Virus record (IMG/VR): IMGVR_UViG_3300006737_000028
DNA from: an uncultured virus (IMG/VR IMGVR_UViG_3300006737_000028)
Taxonomy: Duplodnaviria > Heunggongvirae > Uroviricota > Caudoviricetes
Length of the DNA: 20,000 nucleotides
Strand: one strand, 5' to 3'
The notes below the pieces were generated by a model, which was given only the letters and a program-made list of their open reading frames with translations, was not told the origin of the DNA and searched no databases. The position numbers and the translations under genes were made by a program. Shown here one piece after another: positions 7,463 through 16,731 of the stretch; the first letter of the stretch is position 1; each line of letters opens with the position of its first letter.

Positions 7463-9436
7463 ATGAGTACCACAGATACATCTACACTAAGGAGCGAGTT
7501 CAAGACATATCTTGCCCAAAACTTTGTTGACAAGTTCAAGGTTGACTCCGATGATCGGTTGTTTGTATACACCGCTGGTGTAACATTGTCTTCGGATGAA
7601 ACAACGACCCTGAACACATCAAGTGATTTGCAAGCAAGACTCTCGCTTAGAAAATCAGTCGGGATGCGTCTGGTTGATAATGTGTCTGCATACCTCATGA
7701 TCACAAAAAATCTATGGGTAAACAATACCAAGTATGATCAGTATGATGATAAAGTTGATCTATCAACAAAGACTTTCTATGTTACCAATACTGAGGGTAA
7801 CGTATACAAGTGCCTGAGTAACGGACAGGGTAGTAACTCAATCGACGAACCCACTGGTGTTTCATTTGAACCAATCAGACTCAGGAATGATTATGTTTGG
7901 AAGTATATGTTTACTATTCCTGTTGGAGCAAGAGAGTATGAGACTGAGACAGAGATCCCCGCACTAGAACTTCCAGTTTATCCAAACAGATCTAATGTCT
8001 ATGGGGATGAACGTGAACTACAATACGATGCACAAAAGGCTGCTCGGGATGGTGCAATCGAAACTGTAATTATTGATAGTGCTGGAAGTGCATATGTCAA
8101 CGCGATCAGGGCAGAGGAAGGTCAGAATGCTCGGGCCCTTTCGACTGGAGAATATCCATCAAATACTTCGGTTCGACTAGCAGCAGTCGCAAGTTCGACA
8201 GATGATGCGTATAACAACTATGCTATTAGAATCGTCGCGGGCACGGGCGTAGGACAGATCAAAACAATCACTGATTACTTCGGGGCACAGAGACTCGCGA
8301 CCGTATCGACTGCATGGACAATTTCTCCAGACACAACCAGTGTTTATGAAATCGCACCATCAGTTACCTTTTCCGGTGATGGTTCTGGTGCCGTTGCGTT
8401 TGCTCGAATGAACAGCAATCTGACATTAGATGATATCGTGATGAGTGATACTGGAAGTGGTTACAGTGAGGCATCCATCGCATTGGGTGGATCTGTTACA
8501 TCTGCACCTAGCGTAAGGGCTGTCATTGGGCCAATTGGTGGTCACTCCTCATCGATTCCATATGAACTTCTTGCGAGCAAGGTATTGATTGTTGCTAGGG
8601 TTGAGAGAGATGAAGATGCTTTCCCCGGCGACAATGATATTCGATTGTATGGTTTTTGTTTGAATCCAGAAATCGGAACTGGCCACGCGGGCGCGGGCGG
8701 GATCGCGGGCGCGGAAGGAACAAGTTCGACTCTACTAGACATCGAGGCAAACGTGTCAGATAGAGCGACACTACGGACAAACGATTTCCCTGTTGGGACA
8801 TACATTTTTGCGAATGACCCACCCGCAGCAGGCAGAGTAACTAGGTTCACCCTTGAACCATCAGGGCTGAAAGCAACATTGCAGGTTGAGAATCTGACTG
8901 GTAAACTACCATCAGGCACTATCATCAGAGGACTAACAGGAACGTCTACCGCATCAACTTCTGGTTGGGCGATTGATGGATCCTTTGCTAAGGTTGTACA
9001 GAAACTTGATTCTGATTATGGAGTCCAGCAAAAGTCATATCGAACAACCACTTTGATCGAAGCAGTTCGGGCCGATGGTGCTGTTCTCGCCGCTGGGTTG
9101 TTTGCTAAAGATGTGAATGTTACTGGTGCATCTGGTGGTGGTGCAGTTCTTGTTGAAACCGAGGTTAGCGGATCTGGTTTCTCTGGCGGTAAAACTGCCA
9201 CATTCTATGTCAACGACATCAAGCAAAATGGCATCACATCAAACGAATATGGTTTCACTGCAACAGAAACACTTCAGGTGAAAACCAGTGGTGGTAATGT
9301 TGATTTCACAATTGCCGGAGTCACCGGGCCAGAAATTGATATTCCCTCTGGCAAAGTGCTATACATAAGAAGTATAGACCCAATTGCACGAAACGACGAG
9401 CAGTACGAAAATTATCAACTAGAGATTGACTTCTGA
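7463..9436 (+). CDS. gp8: Baseplate wedge subunit gp8 (extended)
   Basis: Motifs W...T.YDQYDD, FYVTN...NVYKCLSN, S..EPTG, DYVWKYMFTIP, P.GGH.S....EL, and terminal SGKVLYI....PI.R...Q.E...L.IDF. RBS AAGGA precedes the start. Confidence 0.9.
   Translation: MSTTDTSTLRSEFKTYLAQNFVDKFKVDSDDRLFVYTAGVTLSSDETTTLNTSSDLQARLSLRKSVGMRLVDNVSAYLMITKNLWVNNTKYDQYDDKVDLSTKTFYVTNTEGNVYKCLSNGQGSNSIDEPTGVSFEPIRLRNDYVWKYMFTIPVGAREYETETEIPALELPVYPNRSNVYGDERELQYDAQKAARDGAIETVIIDSAGSAYVNAIRAEEGQNARALSTGEYPSNTSVRLAAVASSTDDAYNNYAIRIVAGTGVGQIKTITDYFGAQRLATVSTAWTISPDTTSVYEIAPSVTFSGDGSGAVAFARMNSNLTLDDIVMSDTGSGYSEASIALGGSVTSAPSVRAVIGPIGGHSSSIPYELLASKVLIVARVERDEDAFPGDNDIRLYGFCLNPEIGTGHAGAGGIAGAEGTSSTLLDIEANVSDRATLRTNDFPVGTYIFANDPPAAGRVTRFTLEPSGLKATLQVENLTGKLPSGTIIRGLTGTSTASTSGWAIDGSFAKVVQKLDSDYGVQQKSYRTTTLIEAVRADGAVLAAGLFAKDVNVTGASGGGAVLVETEVSGSGFSGGKTATFYVNDIKQNGITSNEYGFTATETLQVKTSGGNVDFTIAGVTGPEIDIPSGKVLYIRSIDPIARNDEQYENYQLEIDF
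9360..9367 (+). promoter_or_regulatory. Putative late promoter variant TATACATA
   Basis: One mismatch from TATAAATA, about 80 nt upstream of the 2059-aa gene start at 9447. Confidence 0.45.
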
Positions 9437-9446
9437 GGAGAGTTGA

Positions 9447-12400
9447 ATGGCGCGTTCACATAGACCTGAAATTCATAACATCGCACCATACTACGATGAC
9501 TTTAGCGAAGATAAAAACTTCGCTAGGGTTCTGTTCAGACCGGGTGTTGCTGTTCAAGCGAGAGAACTAACACAGGCTCAGACTATTCTACAGAATCAGT
9601 TGGAGCGGTTTGGTGATCATATCTTCGAAAACGGGTCAGTCGTTAGCGGTGCTGCTATCAATGAGCAACTCACTCGATTCATGAGACTCAAGGACGATGG
9701 TGCTACGGTAGGATTTACGGATGCAGTTCTATCTGGACTAGCAGGACAAAGAGTAGAAAACGATTTTGCTGGTCGTGCCGGTGTGGCAACAAGTGCAATT
9801 ATCACTCATGCTATTGCGGGATCTACCCTCACGAAAGACACTACTCCTGTCATCTTCTTTGATTATCAATCAGGTGGTCTTTTCACGAACGACGAAGTGA
9901 TCACCATCACTGGTGGTGGACTCAACGATGGTCTAACATTCCAGATCGATCAGGATCGACAAGGTTCTGGGGCAGGAACTACTGCCATCGGTCTTGGTGC
10001 TGATGCGTTGCTCGTCAATGTTGGTCAGGGTGTTTACTTCGCAGACGGCAACTTCATCCAAAGTTCCTCATCTAATGTATTCGTTCCTCTCATTGATAGT
10101 CTCACGGGTGGTTATAGAGACTTCGATAAGCCATCAAACTCACTTGGTTTCAACATCAATAGAGAATACGTTAGTTCTGATCAAGACGAAACTCTTCGCG
10201 ATCCATCATACGGGTTCAATAACTACAATGCTCCCGGTGCGGATCGATACAAACTAAGTTTGTCTCCCAAGCAAATTGAGTTCGATGGTATCTCTGGATC
10301 TGCCAGCGGACTTACTTTCAACACAGAAGACTACTTCGAAGTCGCTCGCGTTATCAACGGAGAAACATCCAAGTCAAGTGTGTACTCAAACTACGCTGAC
10401 TTGGAAGACTCTCTGGCAAGAAGAACATTCGATGAGTCGGGTCACTATACGGTTCGACCATTCGCTTTGTCTTTCGGCACAAACGAAAATGTTTTCGGTA
10501 GCATCGACACGACTAAGTTTGGTGCAATCATTGGGCCGGGTAAGGCATACATTAGAGGTTATGAGTTTGAAACAATTACGCCTAGTTACCTCTCTCTTGT
10601 AAAGGCAAGAACTCTCGGTACTTTGCGAAATTTGACCTCTCCAGCATCCCCAGAAAACATGGTTCAGATTGATCTGTCTTTGGATCACCACCTTGGTTCT
10701 GGTGATATCAACAACCTCGACGCACACGCAGTCATGGAAAATTTGCTTGTTGGTCTTTTCCAAGCAGATGATCCGACCGCGACACAACCAAATTTCACTC
10801 TCATCGGAACTGCCTTTCTTCGAACTGTTCAGGCTTCCTTCGAAACACCTGATGACCTTATTGCTTCGGCTGGACTGTCGAATGTCAAAATGTTTAGAAT
10901 AGACCCAACCTCATCGTCGGGCACACGATTCAATTTCAATAGTGACACTGATCTGATTCGAACATTTGATGACAGTGATTTTGCGGAAATTTCTGGTGGG
11001 ACAAATAACCCGAACAACACCTGTATGTTCAGAACGAAAAAGACCACTGCTGGTCTTCTCATATTCACAGGCAATGACGGTCGAGGCGCCGGTGATGCTA
11101 ACCAAGTATTCCCTCTTCTCACCGCAGATCAAGCACAGGCTAGAGTTCAAACACTTTCGTCTGACCCCAACGCTCCATTCAACACTGTCGCACAATCAAC
11201 AACGGGTCTCTCAACTAGAACCGCACACTCTGTATTCTTGCGTGTTCGTTTCCAAGAGGGAAGTGTAACTTCAGATCCCGTTGCTGTGCCTGATGACTCT
11301 TGTTCCTTCATCCCCCCTCAAGCAAACGCATACACATTGTTCCTGCCTAGGAACGACAACGCTGGTAATGCTGCGTCTGGTGTTGCTGCGTTCGGTGGTA
11401 ACAGATACATCAAACCATCTGAGTATGTTGTTACTGTAAACCAATCAACTGGCTCACTCACGATCAATATCAATAGCACTGCTGCTGGTGTTCGGGTTCA
11501 GGGGGGTGATAATCTTGATAGGGAAGTTTATGGCATCATCAATGCCACTGTGTTTAGAGACAGTATTCCAAACGACTATACTCACAATATTAGAACGCTA
11601 TCGTTGAACAGCACTGTCATGAGCAATTTTGATCAACGAACCATTGTAGGAACTACACAAGCAACCACTCTACTCAATCCCGAAACTCTCTACAATGATC
11701 TTTTCGGCAGGGACCAATACTCAGCAAAGAATAATGGCACGAATGCAATGGATGTTTCGAATAGGGGTGCTAGACCAAACCAGCCTGTGTTCGAACTAGA
11801 CCACGCACATGTCTATGATATCATCGAGATTACTGACATAAACGGTGATGTTGTCACAGACAGGTTTGAGTTACTTGATGGTCAAAAACCAGACGCTTTC
11901 TATCACTCATCGGTTAGACTCATCTCTGGAAAAACTATCCCAAGGGTGACTAATAGTGACTTTGCACTTGGTTCAATTTCTTATCGATACTTCAGTCACG
12001 CTGGATTGGATAAACCAATCACCGTTGACTCATATCCATCAACTCTTTCAGTCGAGCAAATTCCGAGATTCACAGATCCAGAAAGTGGCATTGAATTCTC
12101 ACTAGCAAATGCTGTGGACTTTAGACCTGTAGAGAAACCTACTGCTGATAGAAGAAATGAAGGTTCGACTCACGGGTTTGATAATGTCGGTAATCTCCCA
12201 GGCAGCAGATTTGATGTTGTTGGTAACTACCCAAGATATGACGCATCTGTTTATCTCCCGCGAGTAGACAGTATCGCACTGTCACCGGATAAGACATTCA
12301 AACTATTGAGTGGTGTCCCATCAATCAACCCAGTTGCTCCTGATGTGACTGATGAGTTGATGGAGTTGTACCAAGTTGATATCCCTGCGTATACTGATAA

Positions 12401-15400
12401 TGCCTCCGATGTTCGGGCAAGGTATGTCGATAATCAGCGGTTCACCATGTCAGACATTGGTGTCATTGATAATACGGTTGAGGATGATGAGCGATTCAAC
12501 TACATCTCAGAACTTGAAAATGAGGCAATCTCTCGCGTGGGTGCTGAGCCTGGTTCTGGTGTTCCAGAGAGAAGTGCAATTTTTGTAGACGAATGTATTG
12601 GTCACAACAACTCTGATGTTCTAAACAGAGATCACAATGTGTCTATCGATGTTGAGTCTAGAGAAATTAGACCATCGTTCATCGCGGAGGCCCTTGGTCT
12701 TACACAATCTTCTTTGAACAATGGTGTAACATTGTCCCCGGACGGTATCTACACACTAGACTACGCAAACTCAGATATTGTTCTGTCCAGAAAGGCGAAC
12801 GCATCTGAGAAGGGGAATCCAGACGCAGTAATCGACTATCTTGGTACAGTGAAACTGAATCCACAAAGTGATTACTGGTTTGATACCACCACCGCTCCGG
12901 TCGTAGTTGTCAACACTGTCGGAGAAAACAATGCCTTCGAATCTGCTGCTAGTGCTTTCAAGGCTGGTAGGTTCTTAGGGTGGGGTTCTAGATGGAATGA
13001 GTGGAATGCTTTCTGGTATGGAAACAAGAAGAAGTCCGATACCGTTTCGGCCGATCCAGAAGATTACAGAAACAGGCAATACAGAGGTTCAATCCGTTCT
13101 GGGTTTGTGAAGAGAATTTTCTCCAATCGAATTACTCGAAGCGTAGGCAACAAAGTTGTTGACCTAAGTGTTGTTCCTTTCATGAGAGCAGTTACTCTAA
13201 ACTGTACAGTTGAGGGAATGATTCCCGGTTCGACTGCATACGCATTTATGGACAACGTGTCAGTCGGTGCTGTTGCGGGTTATGAAGTCGGATCCACTGG
13301 TTCCTTCACTACAAGTATCGCACTACAAAAAGGCAGATACCAAGCGGGTGCTAAGAGAATTCAGTTCTTGGATGATAGTCTAGGTCGTTACAGTGCCTCG
13401 AATAGTATCGCAGAAGATACTTTCTACGCACAGGGTATTCTAGATCAAGAGGAAACTGATGTAAATTCTGTCTCCGTCAGACCGCCTATCAAGACTAGAT
13501 TTAGTGTCAGACAATCCAATCTCTTTGATGTCAACGATGATGGAAACGTCACCGAACCAAATCAAGGTCTTTTGCCTCTTGCTCAAACCTTTACAGTTGA
13601 CAAGGGACAATACCCATTGGGTGTATTCTTGACTGGTGTAAAACTCTTTGTGAAGACTGCACCATTCAATGCAGATACTCCCGTCTTCGTTGATCTAAGA
13701 CCATGTGATCCTAAAAATGGAAACGCACCATCGATCAATACTGTTCATAGATTTTCTCAGGTATCCAAATCGGTAACTGACAGTAATTTGACAGTGAATG
13801 ATAATCCAGATGATGCAAGTGGAACATCTTTCAACTTTAGCAGTCCCGTCTATCTTCCTCCAGGCAGACATGCCCTGACCGTTCGTTGTAACGATGCTGA
13901 CTTTGCTCTGCATAGTGGATTGATTGGTCAGACAATGATTGATAAGTTTGGCAATCCAACTGATGATACGGTTTCGCAAGTTCCATATGCAAATGGACTA
14001 TACTTGCCGACGAATAATGGTGCTAGAGAACCATATACCGATAGAGTATTGATGTTTGATCTGATTCGTGCCGACTTTATTGGTGCAGAACAAAGTCTCT
14101 CTGCTAGAGAGGTCAACTTTGTAACTGAAACCGACGAAAATATTGATGGTATGAATCTCACTAGGTTTGCCGCGAACAATCAAATTGTCCCGTCTGGTAA
14201 TGATATCAGTATTTCATCTGTGTTGCGATACAATGATTTCGATACATCATCGACGGTTGACGTTACTGTTCCAGTAAATAGTGATGTTGTTCTTGATGAG
14301 AAAGGAATTGTTGGTGGAGCATCAAATCCCGGTAAGATTTTTGCTCGACTATCAGCCGATGAGCAGAAGAGAGTGTCACCTATTCTCGACGCGGAAAGAC
14401 TTGCATTGCTCAGAGTTGAAATGCAATCTAACAACTCACCCAGTGTGGGGGCTCCGACAGAAGAACTAAATTCTAGTGGTGAATCCAGCACGATCATTTC
14501 TAAGTACATCGGTAAGAAGGTTGTTCTAGATCGACCTGCACGAGACTTTAGAGCATACGTCCAGGCAGATATTCCACAGGGAGCAAGAATTCATGTGTTT
14601 GTCAAGGCACAAGGCCCTGATACGATTGAAGACTTTGATGATCTTCCATACATTCAGTTGTTCCCCGATGGCGTAAAGGATGATGTGGCACCACTGCCCG
14701 GTGGTAGCGTAGGTGATGTGGTTGACTTCCGCAACCCAAATATTGGTGCCGAAAACGGTATCGATATCAAATTCACTCCTGCTGCTTTGACTGAGGCCAA
14801 TGTTGATGATGAAGGTGCGTTGGCATCACCATCAGATGGAAACCTCATCACGACGTTGATGCCAAATGGCGGCGAGTTCGTTGCATATCAAGTCAAGATT
14901 GTTATCTATGCACCAGCCGATGGTAGTGGTAATTCGAACCACTCAAACAACGGTCTTGGTCCAGTGATTCGAAGACTCAGATGTGCAGCGATTGATACAC
15001 CTAGAAGCGTTGTCGCACCTCCCCCACCAAATGAGCAAGAAGGTATGGTTCGAGCAATCAATACCGCTAAGGCTTGGGGTGTTGTAGAGGTTGATGCTAG
15101 TGATAACGTCAATATCAAGAGAGCATTCAACGTAGATAGTGTGACCCGAGAGTCAACAGGCGTGTTCCGGGTGGAACTATTGCCCAATATCTTGTTTGCT
15201 AGGGACACTGATGGAAATGGACAGGACGCAGGCGATGAGTTGAACATGGTCGTAGTCTTTGAACCTGCCGATGTTGGTGGACACCAAGGCGGGGCGCGAG
15301 CAGGCAACTTCAGTGGCGTTGCATCATCAGGACGCACCGTTCTTACCAGATTGACCGTTGTCGAGAAGACTATCGAAAACGGTAGGCCTTCATTCACAAT

Positions 15401-15626
15401 GCTCTGCTCTCGCTTGCGAATGACCGAGTATGACAATAACGATGATGGTAACGGTAGAAACCGAGTCCAATATGACAATCTTGACCCCCTCGCCGCCGAC
15501 GCGAGTGGTGGTGACGATGGCGTCGGTGAAAACAATGGCAGTAAAGGTTCACTCTGTTTTGTCGTGTTCGGTTCAAATGATTCCACTGGGGATATACCGG
15601 GTGAAGGTATTACGAAGATTCCCTAA
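9447..15626 (+). CDS. Large DUF4815/VrlC-like baseplate/tail structural protein with a C-terminal fibre-tip-like extension
   Basis: Family motifs APYYDDF...RVLFRPG.AVQARELTQ.QTILQNQ..RFGDHIF..GS, APGADRYK, LARRTFDESGHY.V.PF, PGKAYIRGYE, YLPRVD, RFTMSDIG, PLAQTF, F.FSSPVYL. RBS GAGGAG. Its position after gp8 matches marine T4-like phages. Confidence 0.9.
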   Translation: MARSHRPEIHNIAPYYDDFSEDKNFARVLFRPGVAVQARELTQAQTILQNQLERFGDHIFENGSVVSGAAINEQLTRFMRLKDDGATVGFTDAVLSGLAGQRVENDFAGRAGVATSAIITHAIAGSTLTKDTTPVIFFDYQSGGLFTNDEVITITGGGLNDGLTFQIDQDRQGSGAGTTAIGLGADALLVNVGQGVYFADGNFIQSSSSNVFVPLIDSLTGGYRDFDKPSNSLGFNINREYVSSDQDETLRDPSYGFNNYNAPGADRYKLSLSPKQIEFDGISGSASGLTFNTEDYFEVARVINGETSKSSVYSNYADLEDSLARRTFDESGHYTVRPFALSFGTNENVFGSIDTTKFGAIIGPGKAYIRGYEFETITPSYLSLVKARTLGTLRNLTSPASPENMVQIDLSLDHHLGSGDINNLDAHAVMENLLVGLFQADDPTATQPNFTLIGTAFLRTVQASFETPDDLIASAGLSNVKMFRIDPTSSSGTRFNFNSDTDLIRTFDDSDFAEISGGTNNPNNTCMFRTKKTTAGLLIFTGNDGRGAGDANQVFPLLTADQAQARVQTLSSDPNAPFNTVAQSTTGLSTRTAHSVFLRVRFQEGSVTSDPVAVPDDSCSFIPPQANAYTLFLPRNDNAGNAASGVAAFGGNRYIKPSEYVVTVNQSTGSLTININSTAAGVRVQGGDNLDREVYGIINATVFRDSIPNDYTHNIRTLSLNSTVMSNFDQRTIVGTTQATTLLNPETLYNDLFGRDQYSAKNNGTNAMDVSNRGARPNQPVFELDHAHVYDIIEITDINGDVVTDRFELLDGQKPDAFYHSSVRLISGKTIPRVTNSDFALGSISYRYFSHAGLDKPITVDSYPSTLSVEQIPRFTDPESGIEFSLANAVDFRPVEKPTADRRNEGSTHGFDNVGNLPGSRFDVVGNYPRYDASVYLPRVDSIALSPDKTFKLLSGVPSINPVAPDVTDELMELYQVDIPAYTDNASDVRARYVDNQRFTMSDIGVIDNTVEDDERFNYISELENEAISRVGAEPGSGVPERSAIFVDECIGHNNSDVLNRDHNVSIDVESREIRPSFIAEALGLTQSSLNNGVTLSPDGIYTLDYANSDIVLSRKANASEKGNPDAVIDYLGTVKLNPQSDYWFDTTTAPVVVVNTVGENNAFESAASAFKAGRFLGWGSRWNEWNAFWYGNKKKSDTVSADPEDYRNRQYRGSIRSGFVKRIFSNRITRSVGNKVVDLSVVPFMRAVTLNCTVEGMIPGSTAYAFMDNVSVGAVAGYEVGSTGSFTTSIALQKGRYQAGAKRIQFLDDSLGRYSASNSIAEDTFYAQGILDQEETDVNSVSVRPPIKTRFSVRQSNLFDVNDDGNVTEPNQGLLPLAQTFTVDKGQYPLGVFLTGVKLFVKTAPFNADTPVFVDLRPCDPKNGNAPSINTVHRFSQVSKSVTDSNLTVNDNPDDASGTSFNFSSPVYLPPGRHALTVRCNDADFALHSGLIGQTMIDKFGNPTDDTVSQVPYANGLYLPTNNGAREPYTDRVLMFDLIRADFIGAEQSLSAREVNFVTETDENIDGMNLTRFAANNQIVPSGNDISISSVLRYNDFDTSSTVDVTVPVNSDVVLDEKGIVGGASNPGKIFARLSADEQKRVSPILDAERLALLRVEMQSNNSPSVGAPTEELNSSGESSTIISKYIGKKVVLDRPARDFRAYVQADIPQGARIHVFVKAQGPDTIEDFDDLPYIQLFPDGVKDDVAPLPGGSVGDVVDFRNPNIGAENGIDIKFTPAALTEANVDDEGALASPSDGNLITTLMPNGGEFVAYQVKIVIYAPADGSGNSNHSNNGLGPVIRRLRCAAIDTPRSVVAPPPPNEQEGMVRAINTAKAWGVVEVDASDNVNIKRAFNVDSVTRESTGVFRVELLPNILFARDTDGNGQDAGDELNMVVVFEPADVGGHQGGARAGNFSGVASSGRTVLTRLTVVEKTIENGRPSFTMLCSRLRMTEYDNNDDGNGRNRVQYDNLDPLAADASGGDDGVGENNGSKGSLCFVVFGSNDSTGDIPGEGITKIP

Positions 15627-15647
15627 TGAAAAGGATAGTTGACTAAA

Positions 15648-16148
15648 ATGATCAGGACTTTTATACGAGACAATAAAACTAACATTGAGACTGTTATTTA
15701 TGGGAAACCACCCAAAACAAAACACTCTTTGACTGTTCCGTACGACCATCCTGTGGTGTCTACGGAGTGGGGTGCTTTCTTTCAGTCCTGTTGGAAGTAC
15801 AAGTTTACAGATGGCTCACCCACTGACATTTACGTTGACATGGAAATGGCTAGAGAAATGTACAGGGAGTACTTGAGACATAAAAGAGATCTAGTTCTTG
15901 AAGCATATGACTTGAACACAACCAAAGCCATCGAAAGAAACGATACCGACAGACTTCATTACATTTCTAAAACCAAGCAATATCTGCGAGATATGCCCTC
16001 GACGATTGATCTGGACTCGGCAAAAACAGCAGAGGAACTACATCTCATCAGACCACATATCTTGTTTGGTCCTCCACCCGGAGAGGCTGAGATCTTGCCG
16101 GAAGAATTGAGAAACCATTCAGGTGAGGCTAAGAAGTATGGTTGGTGA
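15648..16148 (+). CDS. Tail-fibre assembly chaperone-like protein
   Basis: VDMEMAREMYREYLR..RD..L...D.....A.E..D.......KQYLRDMP......A....EL resembles phage fibre-chaperone-like helical proteins. ATG 15648 is preferred over TTG 15639 on spacing from the AAGGA RBS. Confidence 0.6.
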   Translation: MIRTFIRDNKTNIETVIYGKPPKTKHSLTVPYDHPVVSTEWGAFFQSCWKYKFTDGSPTDIYVDMEMAREMYREYLRHKRDLVLEAYDLNTTKAIERNDTDRLHYISKTKQYLRDMPSTIDLDSAKTAEELHLIRPHILFGPPPGEAEILPEELRNHSGEAKKYGW

Positions 16149-16731
16149 AACCTCAACTGCTCGATTTGATGAGCATGTTGTTTACGATGAAGATCTGTAT
16201 AGAATCACAATGCCTTGGATCAAGGCATTTGGAGAGGATCCTTCTTCCTTTGTGATGAAGGATTTTCCCTCTCGTGTGGGGGCACAAGAAGATCCACAAG
16301 TAATTGTTGGTAGGGATAGACTAGAGGAACTTCGACAAGAAGGCGACAATCCTAAAAACAAGCAAAAGTTTATGTTCCATGTGGATGTTGAACCTATCAA
16401 AAAAGCATTGTTGGATTATGTCTATAGTGTGTTTCCTAAACACACGGTGATTTTGAGTGGTAGATTTTGGTATCCAGATGGTGGGTATATGGGTTGGCAC
16501 ACAAACTCCGACACACCAGGCAAGAGAGTTTATCTGAACTACTCATTTGGGGACAAGAAATCTTTCTTTCGATATATCGATGAGGATGGTCAGATGAAAA
16601 CCTCATGGGATCAAAAGGGATTTACGATGAGAGTATTTGATATTGGAGATACACACGACCGACTTTGGCACTCTGTTTATTCAGAAACAGACAGACTTAG
16701 TTTTGGTTTTAGGGTGTATCCAAACTTGTGA
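16138..16731 (+). CDS. 2OG-Fe(II) oxygenase/cupin-like (double-stranded beta-helix) protein
   Basis: WYP.GGYMGWHTN (H-x-N), distal WH.V, and DRLSFGF (R-x-S 2OG-binding-like). Start placed at ATG 16138 with GAGG 9 nt upstream; the ORF track uses GTG 16123. Confidence 0.7.
   Translation: MVGETSTARFDEHVVYDEDLYRITMPWIKAFGEDPSSFVMKDFPSRVGAQEDPQVIVGRDRLEELRQEGDNPKNKQKFMFHVDVEPIKKALLDYVYSVFPKHTVILSGRFWYPDGGYMGWHTNSDTPGKRVYLNYSFGDKKSFFRYIDEDGQMKTSWDQKGFTMRVFDIGDTHDRLWHSVYSETDRLSFGFRVYPNL

Noticed and set aside
345..14280. GTAAATA at ~345 and ~14274 as late promoters
   Set aside because: Both are deep inside coding regions, far from any gene start, and mismatch the consensus 5' bases.
14906..15586. 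226-aa minus-strand ORF
   Set aside because: Antisense shadow of the DUF4815 gene's C-terminus with Ser/Pro/Thr-biased composition and no motif; such shadows are common opposite strongly codon-biased genes.
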